The translations under genes and the position numbers were made by a program. The notes below the pieces were generated by a model that saw only the letters and a program-made list of their open reading frames with translations, made no database searches and was not told the DNA's origin. Of a stretch of 35,715 nt of DNA, positions 1-9,790 are shown one piece after another (the first letter of the stretch is position 1; the number at the start of each line of letters is the position of its first letter). The DNA comes from Babesia bigemina (lineage: Eukaryota), in assembly GCF_000981445.1 (NCBI RefSeq), contig NW_012237376.1:1-35715 (forward strand), written 5' to 3'.

Positions 1-2798
1 TACGTACCGGATGTGCTTGCAGTGGTTGCTACAAGCTTACTGAATATTACTCCACCAGTGACACCTGTCTTACATTGCGATTCGCCGTCCTTGGATGTCT
101 CTTTCTTGGCGACTGTGTAACCACATCGTTTAAGGTATAAACCGAGCGGATTGTCTTTCTCCTTTTGTGTTTCGCAAAGTTTGTTATCTTTCCAGTAATG
201 CTCGCACTCGAAATGCAATTTGTGAAGATCGTCGTAAATAGTGTTCATGATGGTCAAAAATACCTTCGACAAATTTCGGCCGTCATCCGTCAATTTCTTG
301 TCGTTATTACTTCCATCTATAACTAATTTATCAATATTAATGCTCTCCTCATGCCCATCATACCCGTTCACATACACCCGCTCCATCTCCTTGACAAACC
401 CCTGCAGCCCCTTTTTGACCGCATCGAGCAGCTCCGGGTGCCGGGGGTTGGCGAAGGCGGAGGGGTGGAGGAGGGCGAGGGAGGAGGAGAGTTGATCACG
501 CAATTTAATAAATTCATTATCGTAATTATACTTTTTAGTGCTATTTGAGTCAATTAAATTGGTAAGTAATTTGTCGAAGTCACTTTTGATTTTGGTTAGC
601 TGGTCGGCTGGGTCGGTGGTTGGAGCGGTGGGAGGGGGGGTGGGTGGCTGATTGGTTGGAGGTTTGACTTGTCCGTTGATATGATCGTGAATTGTATTGT
701 AATACGTTTTGAAATGTTCAGACATTTGTCGCAGTTTAGTGCCATCGTCATTACCTGGTGCAGCTGGTGGAGATACAAGACCACTAATTGTATCAAGCGT
801 AGTTTTGTTATCATTCATCTGCTTCATCATACCCTTCAATCCGCTGTTCATATCGTCTTCAATAATCTTTTTAATCGCCTCATTCTCCCTCTCAACCAAC
901 TGCTTCAGCTTCTGGAGCGCGGCGGCCTTGGACTGGGCGAAGTTGGAGAGGGCGGATTTTTTGATGTTGGTTTGGGCGGTGGTGGAGGCTGATCTGTATT
1001 GTTGGTGAAATTCATCAATGTATTGTTTGACTTTATCGTGGACACTGTCGATATCTTGGTTGATGGCTTGGATCATTTGAGTCAGTTGCGTTTCAGCTGC
1101 TTCCACAAACTCTAGAGTTCTGCCAACATGGTTATGAAGATGCTTAACTTGCCCATGTAGCTCACGTATAAACGCTTCGACTTCCTTTTTAGTGCCGGAT
1201 ACTTTCCCAGGCAGCTCTTCAAAATTGGTGACTTTTCGAAGGATTTCGTCGATAGCCTGGGTGGCGGTTTGCTTTTTTTGGTTATATTTGCCAAAATGTT
1301 CACCCCTGTCAAAATTAAATCTGGCTCTCTCATCGACGCTATTCGTAAAATAATTCGTAAGCGTACCCTTAATATCTCCAATCTTGACATTGAGGCAATT
1401 TGGACTGGCATCAGGGCCGACTGCTGTCCCTGTAAGCCATTTCTTGTAGTTGTCCATCAGGCCCTGAACACTAGTATGCTTTTTGTGGGCTTCTTTGAAT
1501 GACGCCTCTACCGCTTTGTTAACATCGCCGATTAGTGCTAATTTGAGATCCTTAGAAGCACCATCCCAATGTGATTTCGCTTGTCTGATGTCAAACAATA
1601 CGGTTTCTATGGCCATGCCAAAATCTTTTTTGTGTTCGTTTACATTTTTTAAATGCGTGCCTAGTTGCGTATCTGGTGTTATCGGATCGTGCTTATTAAG
1701 CGAATTAACGAGTCTGGTAAACCCCGGTCTGGCGCTACCACCGTATGCTCCTATGACACCCACCTCTAAAGCTGCTGCCAATTTCTCAACATACTTCGAA
1801 ATTTCACTGTCTATCGAATTTTTTAAAGTTTGCAAATCTTGTTGCACTTTCTGATCCAAAATCGTAACGGCGTGATTAACATTTTGAATAGCTAGAGAGA
1901 TCGCGCCACCAATCTTCCCGGCGCCCACTTGAAGTTCTGCATCGAGTGCCAATATGTTCTGCTGTATTGCAGTTACTTTATCTCTAATCTCGGACTCTCC
2001 ACGAGATGGTAGCTTAACACCGTCATTAACATCTTTCATCAACCTTTCTATTTCATCGAATTTTTTCTCAAACATGTTAGACTTATTATTATTATACATA
2101 AACATCAAATAAGGGTCGGTTACAACTTTACACTCCAGCAGGTTTTCTTTCGCGGCCTTAATGCTATTCCGCAAGCAACTCGGATATTCATCCTTGACCT
2201 TGTTTTTAAGCGCAGTAACATCATCATCTATTTTCTTTTTCAACCCATTCTCTCCTCCAAGTCCATCTGCTACTAACTTATCCAACTCCCTAAACTGCTC
2301 GTCCACCTTCTGGCAAACGTCTCTGAGCCCGAAGTAATCTGCAACGGCATTATCCTTAAGACTCTCCGTAGCTTGGACAATCAAATTTACGTGAGGCTTC
2401 AAATCATTGCTTAGATTTTGATCGATAGAGCCAATTGCATCAGATGACTTTTTAGAATGAGGTGGACATCGTTGAACGGAGTCGATCCAATCAGCCAACA
2501 CTACAGCAACGAGATCATCATGCTCTCGTGTAACCATACCCCTAATCGCATCATTAACATCAATTATATTTATAATTAACGCGCTTAATGGTTCTATCAC
2601 TTTTTTACTTTTTTCATTCACAGCCCCCAACCACCCCTTTACCCCCCGCTTGACCGGGCCAATCACAGCCTCCAAACCTATTTTGCCTTTATTAAGATTT
2701 TTATTTAATTCGTTTACTGCATTTTCTAATGTTTTTTTATAAGGTGATAAGTTGTTATTTTCTTTTACTTCACTAATTATTTTATACAAAAATCCCAT
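1..2798 (-). CDS. ves1: ves1-like variant surface antigen, gene 1 (3'-partial, runs off window start; divergent paralogue)
   Basis: Manual translation gives one open frame from 3059 towards base 1. It is absent from the ORF track, consistent with no stop inside the window. It contains LCDGLEKFLGFNPSSKGYDGSGIVYSDLDRLCDGVMGFL, matching the other genes, then helical sequence and LHPSAFANPRHPELLDAVKKGLQGFVKEMERVYVNGYDG. First in-frame ATG (MGFL) is at 2798. Confidence 0.8.
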   Translation of the reverse strand, partial: MGFLYKIISEVKENNNLSPYKKTLENAVNELNKNLNKGKIGLEAVIGPVKRGVKGWLGAVNEKSKKVIEPLSALIINIIDVNDAIRGMVTREHDDLVAVVLADWIDSVQRCPPHSKKSSDAIGSIDQNLSNDLKPHVNLIVQATESLKDNAVADYFGLRDVCQKVDEQFRELDKLVADGLGGENGLKKKIDDDVTALKNKVKDEYPSCLRNSIKAAKENLLECKVVTDPYLMFMYNNNKSNMFEKKFDEIERLMKDVNDGVKLPSRGESEIRDKVTAIQQNILALDAELQVGAGKIGGAISLAIQNVNHAVTILDQKVQQDLQTLKNSIDSEISKYVEKLAAALEVGVIGAYGGSARPGFTRLVNSLNKHDPITPDTQLGTHLKNVNEHKKDFGMAIETVLFDIRQAKSHWDGASKDLKLALIGDVNKAVEASFKEAHKKHTSVQGLMDNYKKWLTGTAVGPDASPNCLNVKIGDIKGTLTNYFTNSVDERARFNFDRGEHFGKYNQKKQTATQAIDEILRKVTNFEELPGKVSGTKKEVEAFIRELHGQVKHLHNHVGRTLEFVEAAETQLTQMIQAINQDIDSVHDKVKQYIDEFHQQYRSASTTAQTNIKKSALSNFAQSKAAALQKLKQLVERENEAIKKIIEDDMNSGLKGMMKQMNDNKTTLDTISGLVSPPAAPGNDDGTKLRQMSEHFKTYYNTIHDHINGQVKPPTNQPPTPPPTAPTTDPADQLTKIKSDFDKLLTNLIDSNSTKKYNYDNEFIKLRDQLSSSLALLHPSAFANPRHPELLDAVKKGLQGFVKEMERVYVNGYDGHEESINIDKLVIDGSNNDKKLTDDGRNLSKVFLTIMNTIYDDLHKLHFECEHYWKDNKLCETQKEKDNPLGLYLKRCGYTVAKKETSKDGESQCKTGVTGGVIFSKLVATTASTSGT

Positions 2799-3056
2799 CA
2801 CCCCGTCACACAGCCTGTCCAGGTCAGAGTACACTATCCCACTGCCGTCGTAGCCTTTCGAAGATGGATTGAAACCTAGGAATTTCTCGAGGCCGTCACA
2901 TAAATGCGTTAAAAGCTTTTTACAATCATCAGACTTATTTTTTTCAGTAAAAATGCTAAGCTTATTTTTAAGTTCATCAAGTTGTTTCTCACGCTCTTTA
3001 ATGTCCTCCAAGGCTTTCTTAGTAGCATCGTCACTAAGAGAATGGTCAGTATCAGC

Positions 3057-3244
3057 AAGTTATTATAATGCTTTAAAAAGGTCATAGCGTTAATAAGACG
3101 AGGTAATTCGAGAGATTTGGAGTTAGGGTGAACATGATGGGACTTGGCAGTGGCAAGAGGTGGAAGGAAGTGAAGGGTGACAAGGCACAAGTTATTAGGA
3201 TGGTTTATAGAGGTCATAGCGGTATTATGGCGAGGTAATTCGAG
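3057..3244 (-). other. Leader of gene 1 with a duplicated ~56-bp ATG-containing motif
   Basis: 3189-3244 and 3057-3112 are diverged copies (offset 132) of CTCGAATTACCTCG..CGCTATGACC..ATAACTTG. Both ATGs (3217, 3085) are out of frame with the main ORF. Confidence 0.7.
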
Positions 3245-3247
3245 GTT

Positions 3248-3545
3248 TGTAGAGTGGGTAAAGGAGCGATGTAGAGTGGGTTAAGGAGCGATGTAGAGTG
3301 GGTTAAGGGGCGATGTGGAGTGGGTTAGGGAGCGATGTAGAGTGGACAAAGGAGCGATGTGGAGTGGGTAAGGGAGCGATGTAGAGTGGATAAAGGAGCG
3401 ATGTAGAGTGGGTTAGGGAGCGATGTAGAGTGGGTTAGGGAGCGATGTAGAGTGGGTTAGGGAGCGATGTGGAGTGGGTTAAGGGGCGATGTAGAGTGGG
3501 TTAAGGGGCGATGTAGGGTGGATAAAGGAGCGATGTGGAGTGGAT
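3248..3545. repeat. Repeat A array 1 (22-bp G-rich unit GGAGCGATGTAGAGTGGGTTAA)
   Basis: Direct tandem repeat, about 13 units, immediately upstream of the gene 1 leader. Confidence 0.95.
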
Positions 3546-3569
3546 GACAAATACCACTTAGGTCACCAC

Positions 3570-6500
3570 TGTCATCGCTGCCGTAACCATGTCATCGGTG
3601 CCGTAACCATGTCATCGGTGCCGTAACCATGTCATCGGTGCCGTAACCATGTCATCGGTGCCGTAACCATGTCATCGCTGCCGTGACCATGTCATCGCTG
3701 CCGTGACCATGTCATCGCTGCCGTAACCAGTCATCGCTGCCGTGACCAGTCATCGCTGCCGTAACCATCAACTGTCATCGCTGCCGTGACCATGTCATCG
3801 CTGCCGTAACCATGTCATCGCTGTCGTAACCATCAACTGTCATCGCTGCCGTGACCATCAACTGTCATCGCTGCCGTGACCATCATCTGTCATCGCTGCC
3901 GTGACCATCAACTGTCATCGCTGCCGTGACCATGTCATCGCTCTGTAACCATGTCATCGCTCTGTAACCATGTCATCGCTGCCGTGACCATGTCATCGCT
4001 CTGTAACCATGTCATCGCTGCCGTAACCATGTCATCGCTGCCGTAACCAGTCATCGCTGCCGTAACCATCAACTGTCATCGCTGCCGTGTCCATGTCATC
4101 GCTGTAGTAACCATGTCATCGCTGCCGTGTCCATGTCATCGCTGCCGTGACCATGTCATCGCTGCCGTGACCAAGACATCGCTGCCGTGACCAAGACATC
4201 GCTGCTGTGACCAAGACATCGCTGCTGTGACCAAGACATCGCTGCTGTGTCCATGTCATCGCTGCCGTGACCATATCATCGCTGCCGTAACCATCAACTG
4301 TCATCGCTGCCGTGTCCATGTCATCGCTGTAGTAACCATGTCATCGCTGCCGTGTCCATGTCATCGCTGCCGTGACCATGTCATCGCTGCCGTAACCATG
4401 TCATCGCTGCCGTGACTTGTGTCATCGCTGCCGTGACCATGTCATCGCTGCCGTGACTTGTGTCATCGCTGCCGTAACCATGTCATCGCTGCCGTGTCCA
4501 TGTCATCGCTGCCGTGACCATGTCATCGCTCTGTAACCATGTCATCGCTCTGTAACCATGTCATCGCTGCCGTGACCATGTCATCGCTCTGTAACCATGT
4601 CATCGCTGCCGTAACCATGTCATCGCTGCCGTAACCAGTCATCGCTGCCGTAACCATCAACTGTCATCGCTGCCGTAACCATGTCATCGCTCTGTAACCA
4701 TGTCATCGCTGCCGTGACCATGTCATCGCTGCCGTGTCCATGTCATCGCTGCCGTGACCATGTCATCGCTGCCGTAACCATGTCATCGCTGCCGTGACTT
4801 GTGTCATCGCTGCCGTGACCATGTCATCGCTGCCGTGACTTGTGTCATCGCTGCCGTAACCATGTCATCGCTGCCGTGTCCATGTCATCGCTGCCGTGAC
4901 CATGTCATCGCTCTGTAACCATGTCATCGCTCTGTAACCATGTCATCGCTGCCGTGACCATGTCATCGCTCTGTAACCATGTCATCGCTGCCGTAACCAT
5001 GTCATCGCTGCCGTAACCAGTCATCGCTGCCGTAACCATCAACTGTCATCGCTGCCGTAACCATGTCATCGCTCTGTAACCATGTCATCGCTGCCGTGAC
5101 CATGTCATCGCTGCCGTGTCCATGTCATCGCTGCCGTGACCATGTCATCGCTGCCGTAACCATGTCATCGCTGCCGTGACTTGTGTCATCGCTGCCGTAA
5201 CCATGTCATCGCTGCCGTGACCATGTCATCGCTGCCGTGACTTGTGTCATCGCTGCCGTGACCATGTCATCGCTGCCGTGTCCATGTCATCGCTGCCGTG
5301 ACCATGTCATCGCTCTGTAACCATGTCATCGCTCTGTAACCATGTCATCGCTGCCGTAACCAGTCATCGCTGCCGTAACCATCAACTGTCATCGCTGCCG
5401 TGTCCATGTCATCGCTGTCGTAACCATCAACTGTCATCGCTGCCGTAACCATGTCATCGCTGCCGTAACCAGTCATCGCTGCCGTAACCATCAACTGTCA
5501 TCGCTGCCGTAACCATCAACTGTCATCGCTGCCGTAACCATCAACTGTCATCGCTGCCGTAACCATCAACTGTCATCGCTGCCGTGACCATCAACTGTCA
5601 TCGCTGCCGTGACCATCAACTGTCATCGCTGCCGTGACCATATCATCGCTGCTGTGACCATCATCTGTCATCGCTGCCGTGACCATCAACTGTCATCGCT
5701 GCCGTGACTTGTGTCATCGCTGCCGTGACCATGTCATCGCTGCCGTGACTTGTGTCATCGCTGCCGTGACCATGTCATCGCTGCCGTGTCCATGTCATCG
5801 CTGCCGTGACCATGTCATCGCTCTGTAACCATGTCATCGCTCTGTAACCATGTCATCGCTGCCGTGACCATGTCATCGCTCTGTAACCATGTCATCGCTG
5901 CCGTAACCATGTCATCGCTGCCGTAACCAGTCATCGCTGCCGTAACCATCAACTGTCATCGCTGCCGTAACCATCAACTGTCATCGCTGCCGTGACCATC
6001 AACTGTCATCGCTGCCGTGACCATCAACTGTCATCGCTGCCGTGACCATCATCTGTCATCGCTGCCGTGACCATCAACTGTCATCGCTGCCGTGACCATA
6101 TCATCGCTGCTGTGACCATCATCTGTCATCGCTGCCGTGACCATCAACTGTCATCGCTGCCGTGACCAAGACATCGCTGCTGTGTCCATGTCATCGCTGC
6201 CGTGACCATATCATCGCTGCCGTAACCATGTCATCGCTGTCGTAACCATCAACTGTCATCGCTGCCGTGTCCATGTCATCGCTGTAGTAACCATGTCATC
6301 GCTGCCGTGTCCATGTCATCGCTGCCGTGACCATGTCATCGCTGCCGTGACCAAGACATCGCTGCCGTGACCAAGACATCGCTGCTGTGTCCATGTCATC
6401 GCTGCCGTGACCATATCATCGCTGCCGTAACCATGTCATCGCTGTCGTAACCATCAACTGTCATCGCTGCCGTGACCATCAACTGTCATCGCTGCCGTGA

Positions 6501-7048
6501 CCATCATCTGTCATCGCTGCCGTGACCATCAACTGTCATCGCTGCCGTGACCATGTCATCGCTCTGTAACCATGTCATCGCTCTGTAACCATGTCATCGC
6601 TGCCGTGACCATGTCATCGCTCTGTAACCATGTCATCGCTGCCGTAACCATGTCATCGCTGCCGTAACCAGTCATCGCTGCCGTAACCATCAACTGTCAT
6701 CGCTGCCGTAACCATCAACTGTCATCGCTGCCGTGACCATCAACTGTCATCGCTGCCGTGACCATCAACTGTCATCGCTGCCGTGACCATCAACTGTCAT
6801 CGCTGCCGTGACCATATCATCGCTGCCGTGACCATCAACTGTCATCGCTGCCGTGACCATATCATCGCTGCTGTGACCATCAACTGTCATCGCTGCCGTG
6901 ACCATCATCTGTCATCGCTGCCGTAACCATCATCTATCATCGCTGTTGTAACCATCAACTGTCATCGCTGCCGTAACCATCAACTGTCATCGCTGCCGTG
7001 ACCATCAACTGTCATCGCTGCCGTGACCATGTCATCGCTGCCGTAACC
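3570..7048. repeat. Repeat B array 1 (~3.5 kb minisatellite; 20-bp CATGTCATCGCTGCCGTRAC with 19/21/25-bp variants)
   Basis: Direct tandem repeat. The variant unit GACTTGTGTC recurs at 4414, 4796 and 5178, a 382-bp higher-order period. Confidence 0.97.
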
Positions 7049-7052
7049 CTTA

Positions 7053-7100
7053 CTTGGTCAGCACTTTGGTCAGCTGTTTGGTCAGCACCTTTGTCAGTTC
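7053..7100. repeat. Short degenerate repeat C (12-bp TTGGTCAGCACT)
   Basis: Three to four degenerate units abutting B array 1, in the same position as C arrays in other cassettes. Confidence 0.7.
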
Positions 7101-7234
7101 TTTGTTCTCCTCACTGCTCACGTAATTGGTCATCAACGCAATCATCACTTTGTCTATAACATTAGATGTCAGTCGCCAGTTAGGTGTTCAGTGTGATTTG
7201 GATTACCATTGTTTGCGCTAACAAATTGCTGAGT

Positions 7235-7783
7235 TTAGCTGTAGAATGCGATGCAGAAGGGTATCTTGCGGATGAGGAAATCGCGGATGTTGCGGCCGAG
7301 CGGAAAGCGGAAGATGCACAGGTCGAGCAGGATGATGGCGACGATGATGCCAACGATGACGGCGGCGATGGCTTGGGGGGAAATGGAGAAATGAGAATTG
7401 TCCTCTTGCTTGAGAGGATCGGGTAGAGACAAATCTTCTTGAGTGGTTTCAGAATCCTCTGGACCTGGGCGAGAAGCAGAAAGCTCTTGACTGTCGGGAG
7501 AAAGGGAAATGGAGGCAAGCTGTGCACTTTCACTTGTCTTTTCACGTCTCTTACTACAACATGTACAATTACATGTACATCTATTCTCGTTCCCTTTACA
7601 TGGGAAGTTACATGGCGAAGGTTTGCAGTCGTAAGGCACCCGGCCTTTAGTGCGCAACCAGTAATATCCTACACATCCGTCGCAACCTCTGCCATCCTTA
7701 CATCCATTACAACACCATGGACAGCAATTACACCATTGAGACATTCGACATCCTGTACCACATATGCAATCCCCGTACGCCAT
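7235..7783 (-). CDS. Short Cys-rich protein with C-terminal transmembrane helix; probable ves-related family member or its terminal exon
   Basis: 182-aa ATG-initiated ORF with a Cys/Gly-rich N-terminal half, acidic Ser/Pro linker, hydrophobic AIAAVIVGIIVAIILLDLCIF and basic tail RFPLGRNIRDFLIRKIPFCIAFYS. It is preceded by a TTTGCAG acceptor-like site at 7807. Confidence 0.65.
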   Translation of the reverse strand: MAYGDCICGTGCRMSQWCNCCPWCCNGCKDGRGCDGCVGYYWLRTKGRVPYDCKPSPCNFPCKGNENRCTCNCTCCSKRREKTSESAQLASISLSPDSQELSASRPGPEDSETTQEDLSLPDPLKQEDNSHFSISPQAIAAVIVGIIVAIILLDLCIFRFPLGRNIRDFLIRKIPFCIAFYS

Positions 7784-7786
7784 CTT

Positions 7787-8630
7787 CCCCTCCCAGTCCC
7801 CTCAACCTGCAAACATATATAAATCACTTAAGCAGCACTCACCAACTGCAACACGTACCACTGCCGCTCCCACTCCCCTCAACCTGCGAACCTATCAATC
7901 AGCTAAGCAAGCACTCACCAACTGCAACACGTACCACTGCCGCTCCCACTCCCCTCAACCTGCGAACCTATCAATCAGCTAAGCAAGCACTCACCAACTG
8001 CAACACGTACCACTGCCGCTACCAGTCCTCTCAGCCTGCAGACATATCAATCACCTAAGCAGCACTCACCAACTGCAACACGTACCACTGCCGCTACCAC
8101 TCCCCTCAACCTGCAAACATATATAAATCACTTAAGCAGCACTCACCAACTGCAACACGTACCACTGCCGATGCCAGTACCCTCAACCTGCAAACATATC
8201 AATCACCTAAGCAGCACTCACCAACTGCAACACGTACACTGCCGCTCCCAGTCCCCTCAGCCTGCGAACATCAATCACCTAAGCAACGCACTCACCAACT
8301 GCAACACGTACCACTGCCCCTCCCAGTCCCCTCAGCCTGCGAACATCAATCACCTAAGCAACGCACTCACCAACTGCAACACGTACCACTGCCGCTCCCA
8401 CTCCCCTCAGCCTGCAAACATATCAATCACCTATGCAAACACTCACCAACTGCAACACTACCACTGCCGCTCCCAGTCCCCTCAATCTGCAGACATATCA
8501 ATCACCTAGCAACGCACTCACCAACTGCAACACTACCACTGCCGCTCCCAGTCCCCTCAACCTGCAAACGTATCAATCACCTAGCAAGCACTCACCAACT
8601 GCAACACTACCACTGCCGCTCCCAGTCACC
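7787..8630 (-). repeat. ~75-bp tandem repeat (11 units), each with a GTGAGT...GCAG mini-intron-like segment
   Basis: CTCACCAACTGCAAC recurs 11 times at a 74-77 bp period. On the minus strand each unit has about 33-36 nt of GTGAGT..(T/C)GCAG plus a ~40-nt purine-rich segment. Confidence 0.9.
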
Positions 8631-9147
8631 TCATCAACACGCACCGTCACCGCTGTATCCCCCCAGCCCGGGCCACCGACACCCACGCTGCCCAGGATAC
8701 CACGGCTTCACCTGACGCGACGCATGTGATCGGCACCAACTGTCACTCTAAATTATTCACTATTCGCAACGCCATAAGAATTACAGCGAACCCCGTGCGC
8801 TCAACTCCCACAGTGCAGCAGCACCGTGATACGAGCCGCGGTATAGACGCCATGCTGGCGGAGCGTGTCGGCTAGGTGCCTAAATGTGATATTAACAATC
8901 GCTACATTGCCACCTATAAATGCTACTTAACCAGGCCAACGCGGATTACGCCACCCTGCCAGTTACTCGCAACACACGACTTAGGTCACCCGCCGCGGCC
9001 CTCACGGCCGCCTACGTTAGCCACCAATCACCCAGCCTCACGTGACACTCACTCAATGAGCAACGCGGACACCTCTCACAGTCAACGCACAGCTCAACGC
9101 ACCTGGCAATCAACGTGCTACAACACCTACTAAATTACGGTTCATCC

Positions 9148-9642
9148 GCCAGCTTAGCACTTTGCCTGCTTGCTAGGTCAACACTTTGCTTGGTTGCTAG
9201 GTTACCACTTTCCCTGGTTGCCAGCTTAGCACTTTACCTGTGTGCTAGCTTAGCACTTTGCCTGGTTGCCAGCTTACCACTTTGCCTGGGTGCTAGGTCA
9301 ACACTTTGCCTGGTTGCTAGGTCAACACTTAGCTTGCGTGCTAGCTTACCACGTTGCCTGTGTGCTAGCTTAGCACGTTGCCTGGGTGCTAGGTCAACAC
9401 TTTGCCTGGGTGCTAGCTTATCACTTTGCCTGTGTGCTAGCTTAGCACTTTGCCTGGTTGCTAGGTCAACACGTTGCCTGGTTGCTAGCTTAGCACTTTG
9501 TCTGCGTGCTAGCTCAGCACTTAGCTTGGTTGCTAGGTTGCCACTTTGCCTGTGTGCTAGCTTAGCACTTTGCCTGGTTGCTAGGTCAACACGTTGCCTG
9601 GTTGCTAGCTTACCACATTGCCTGGGTGCTAGGTCAACACTT
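9148..9642. repeat. Repeat D array 1 (24-bp GCTTAGCACTTTGCCTGGGTGCTA)
   Basis: Tandem repeat of about 20 units downstream of gene 2; same family as 31069-32217. Confidence 0.95.
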
Positions 9643-9732
9643 GCATTGTCGTCTCCTCATAACCTACTTTAGGTGCTATCTAGTTCACAGGTTGCCGCTA
9701 GAGTAATTCGAGACATTAGACTACGTTTGTCG

Positions 9733-9763
9733 GTTAGGTGAGTAGGTGATATGCTAGGTGAGT
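9733..9763. promoter_or_regulatory. Conserved 3'-flank motif GTTAGGTGAGTAG plus second TAGGTGAG copy (gene 2)
   Basis: Identical 13-mer lies 40-60 nt past the stop of genes 2, 3, 4 and 5. Function is inferred, not shown. Confidence 0.45.
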
Positions 9764-9790
9764 TGATGTGAATTACAGACGTGAATACAA

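Noticed and set aside
241..1854. Short ORFs on both strands in the ORF track
   Set aside because: They are shadows of the single long minus-strand frame of gene 1.
3073..3079. U-UUA-AAG slippery-like heptamer after the inner ATG of gene 1
   Set aside because: A -1 shift there meets TAA TAA within a few codons, so it cannot reach the main ORF.
3570..7048. CRISPR array
   Set aside because: Units are contiguous with no unique spacers, there are no cas genes and the context is eukaryotic.
3248..7100. Transposon with terminal inverted repeats
   Set aside because: The inverted arrays are adjacent with nothing between them, and no transposase or target-site duplication is visible.
7802..7804. Selenocysteine readthrough of the in-frame TGA upstream of the Cys-rich ORF
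   Set aside because: No SECIS-like element recognised and no homology support.
7717..8729. Plus-strand ORFs rich in Thr/Pro/Ser/His
   Set aside because: By-products of the 75-bp repeat, whose frames shift between units.
9115..9672. 185-aa Leu/Cys/Ala ORF, and the similar one at 31163-31849
   Set aside because: Translation of the 24-bp D repeat with a non-ATG start.
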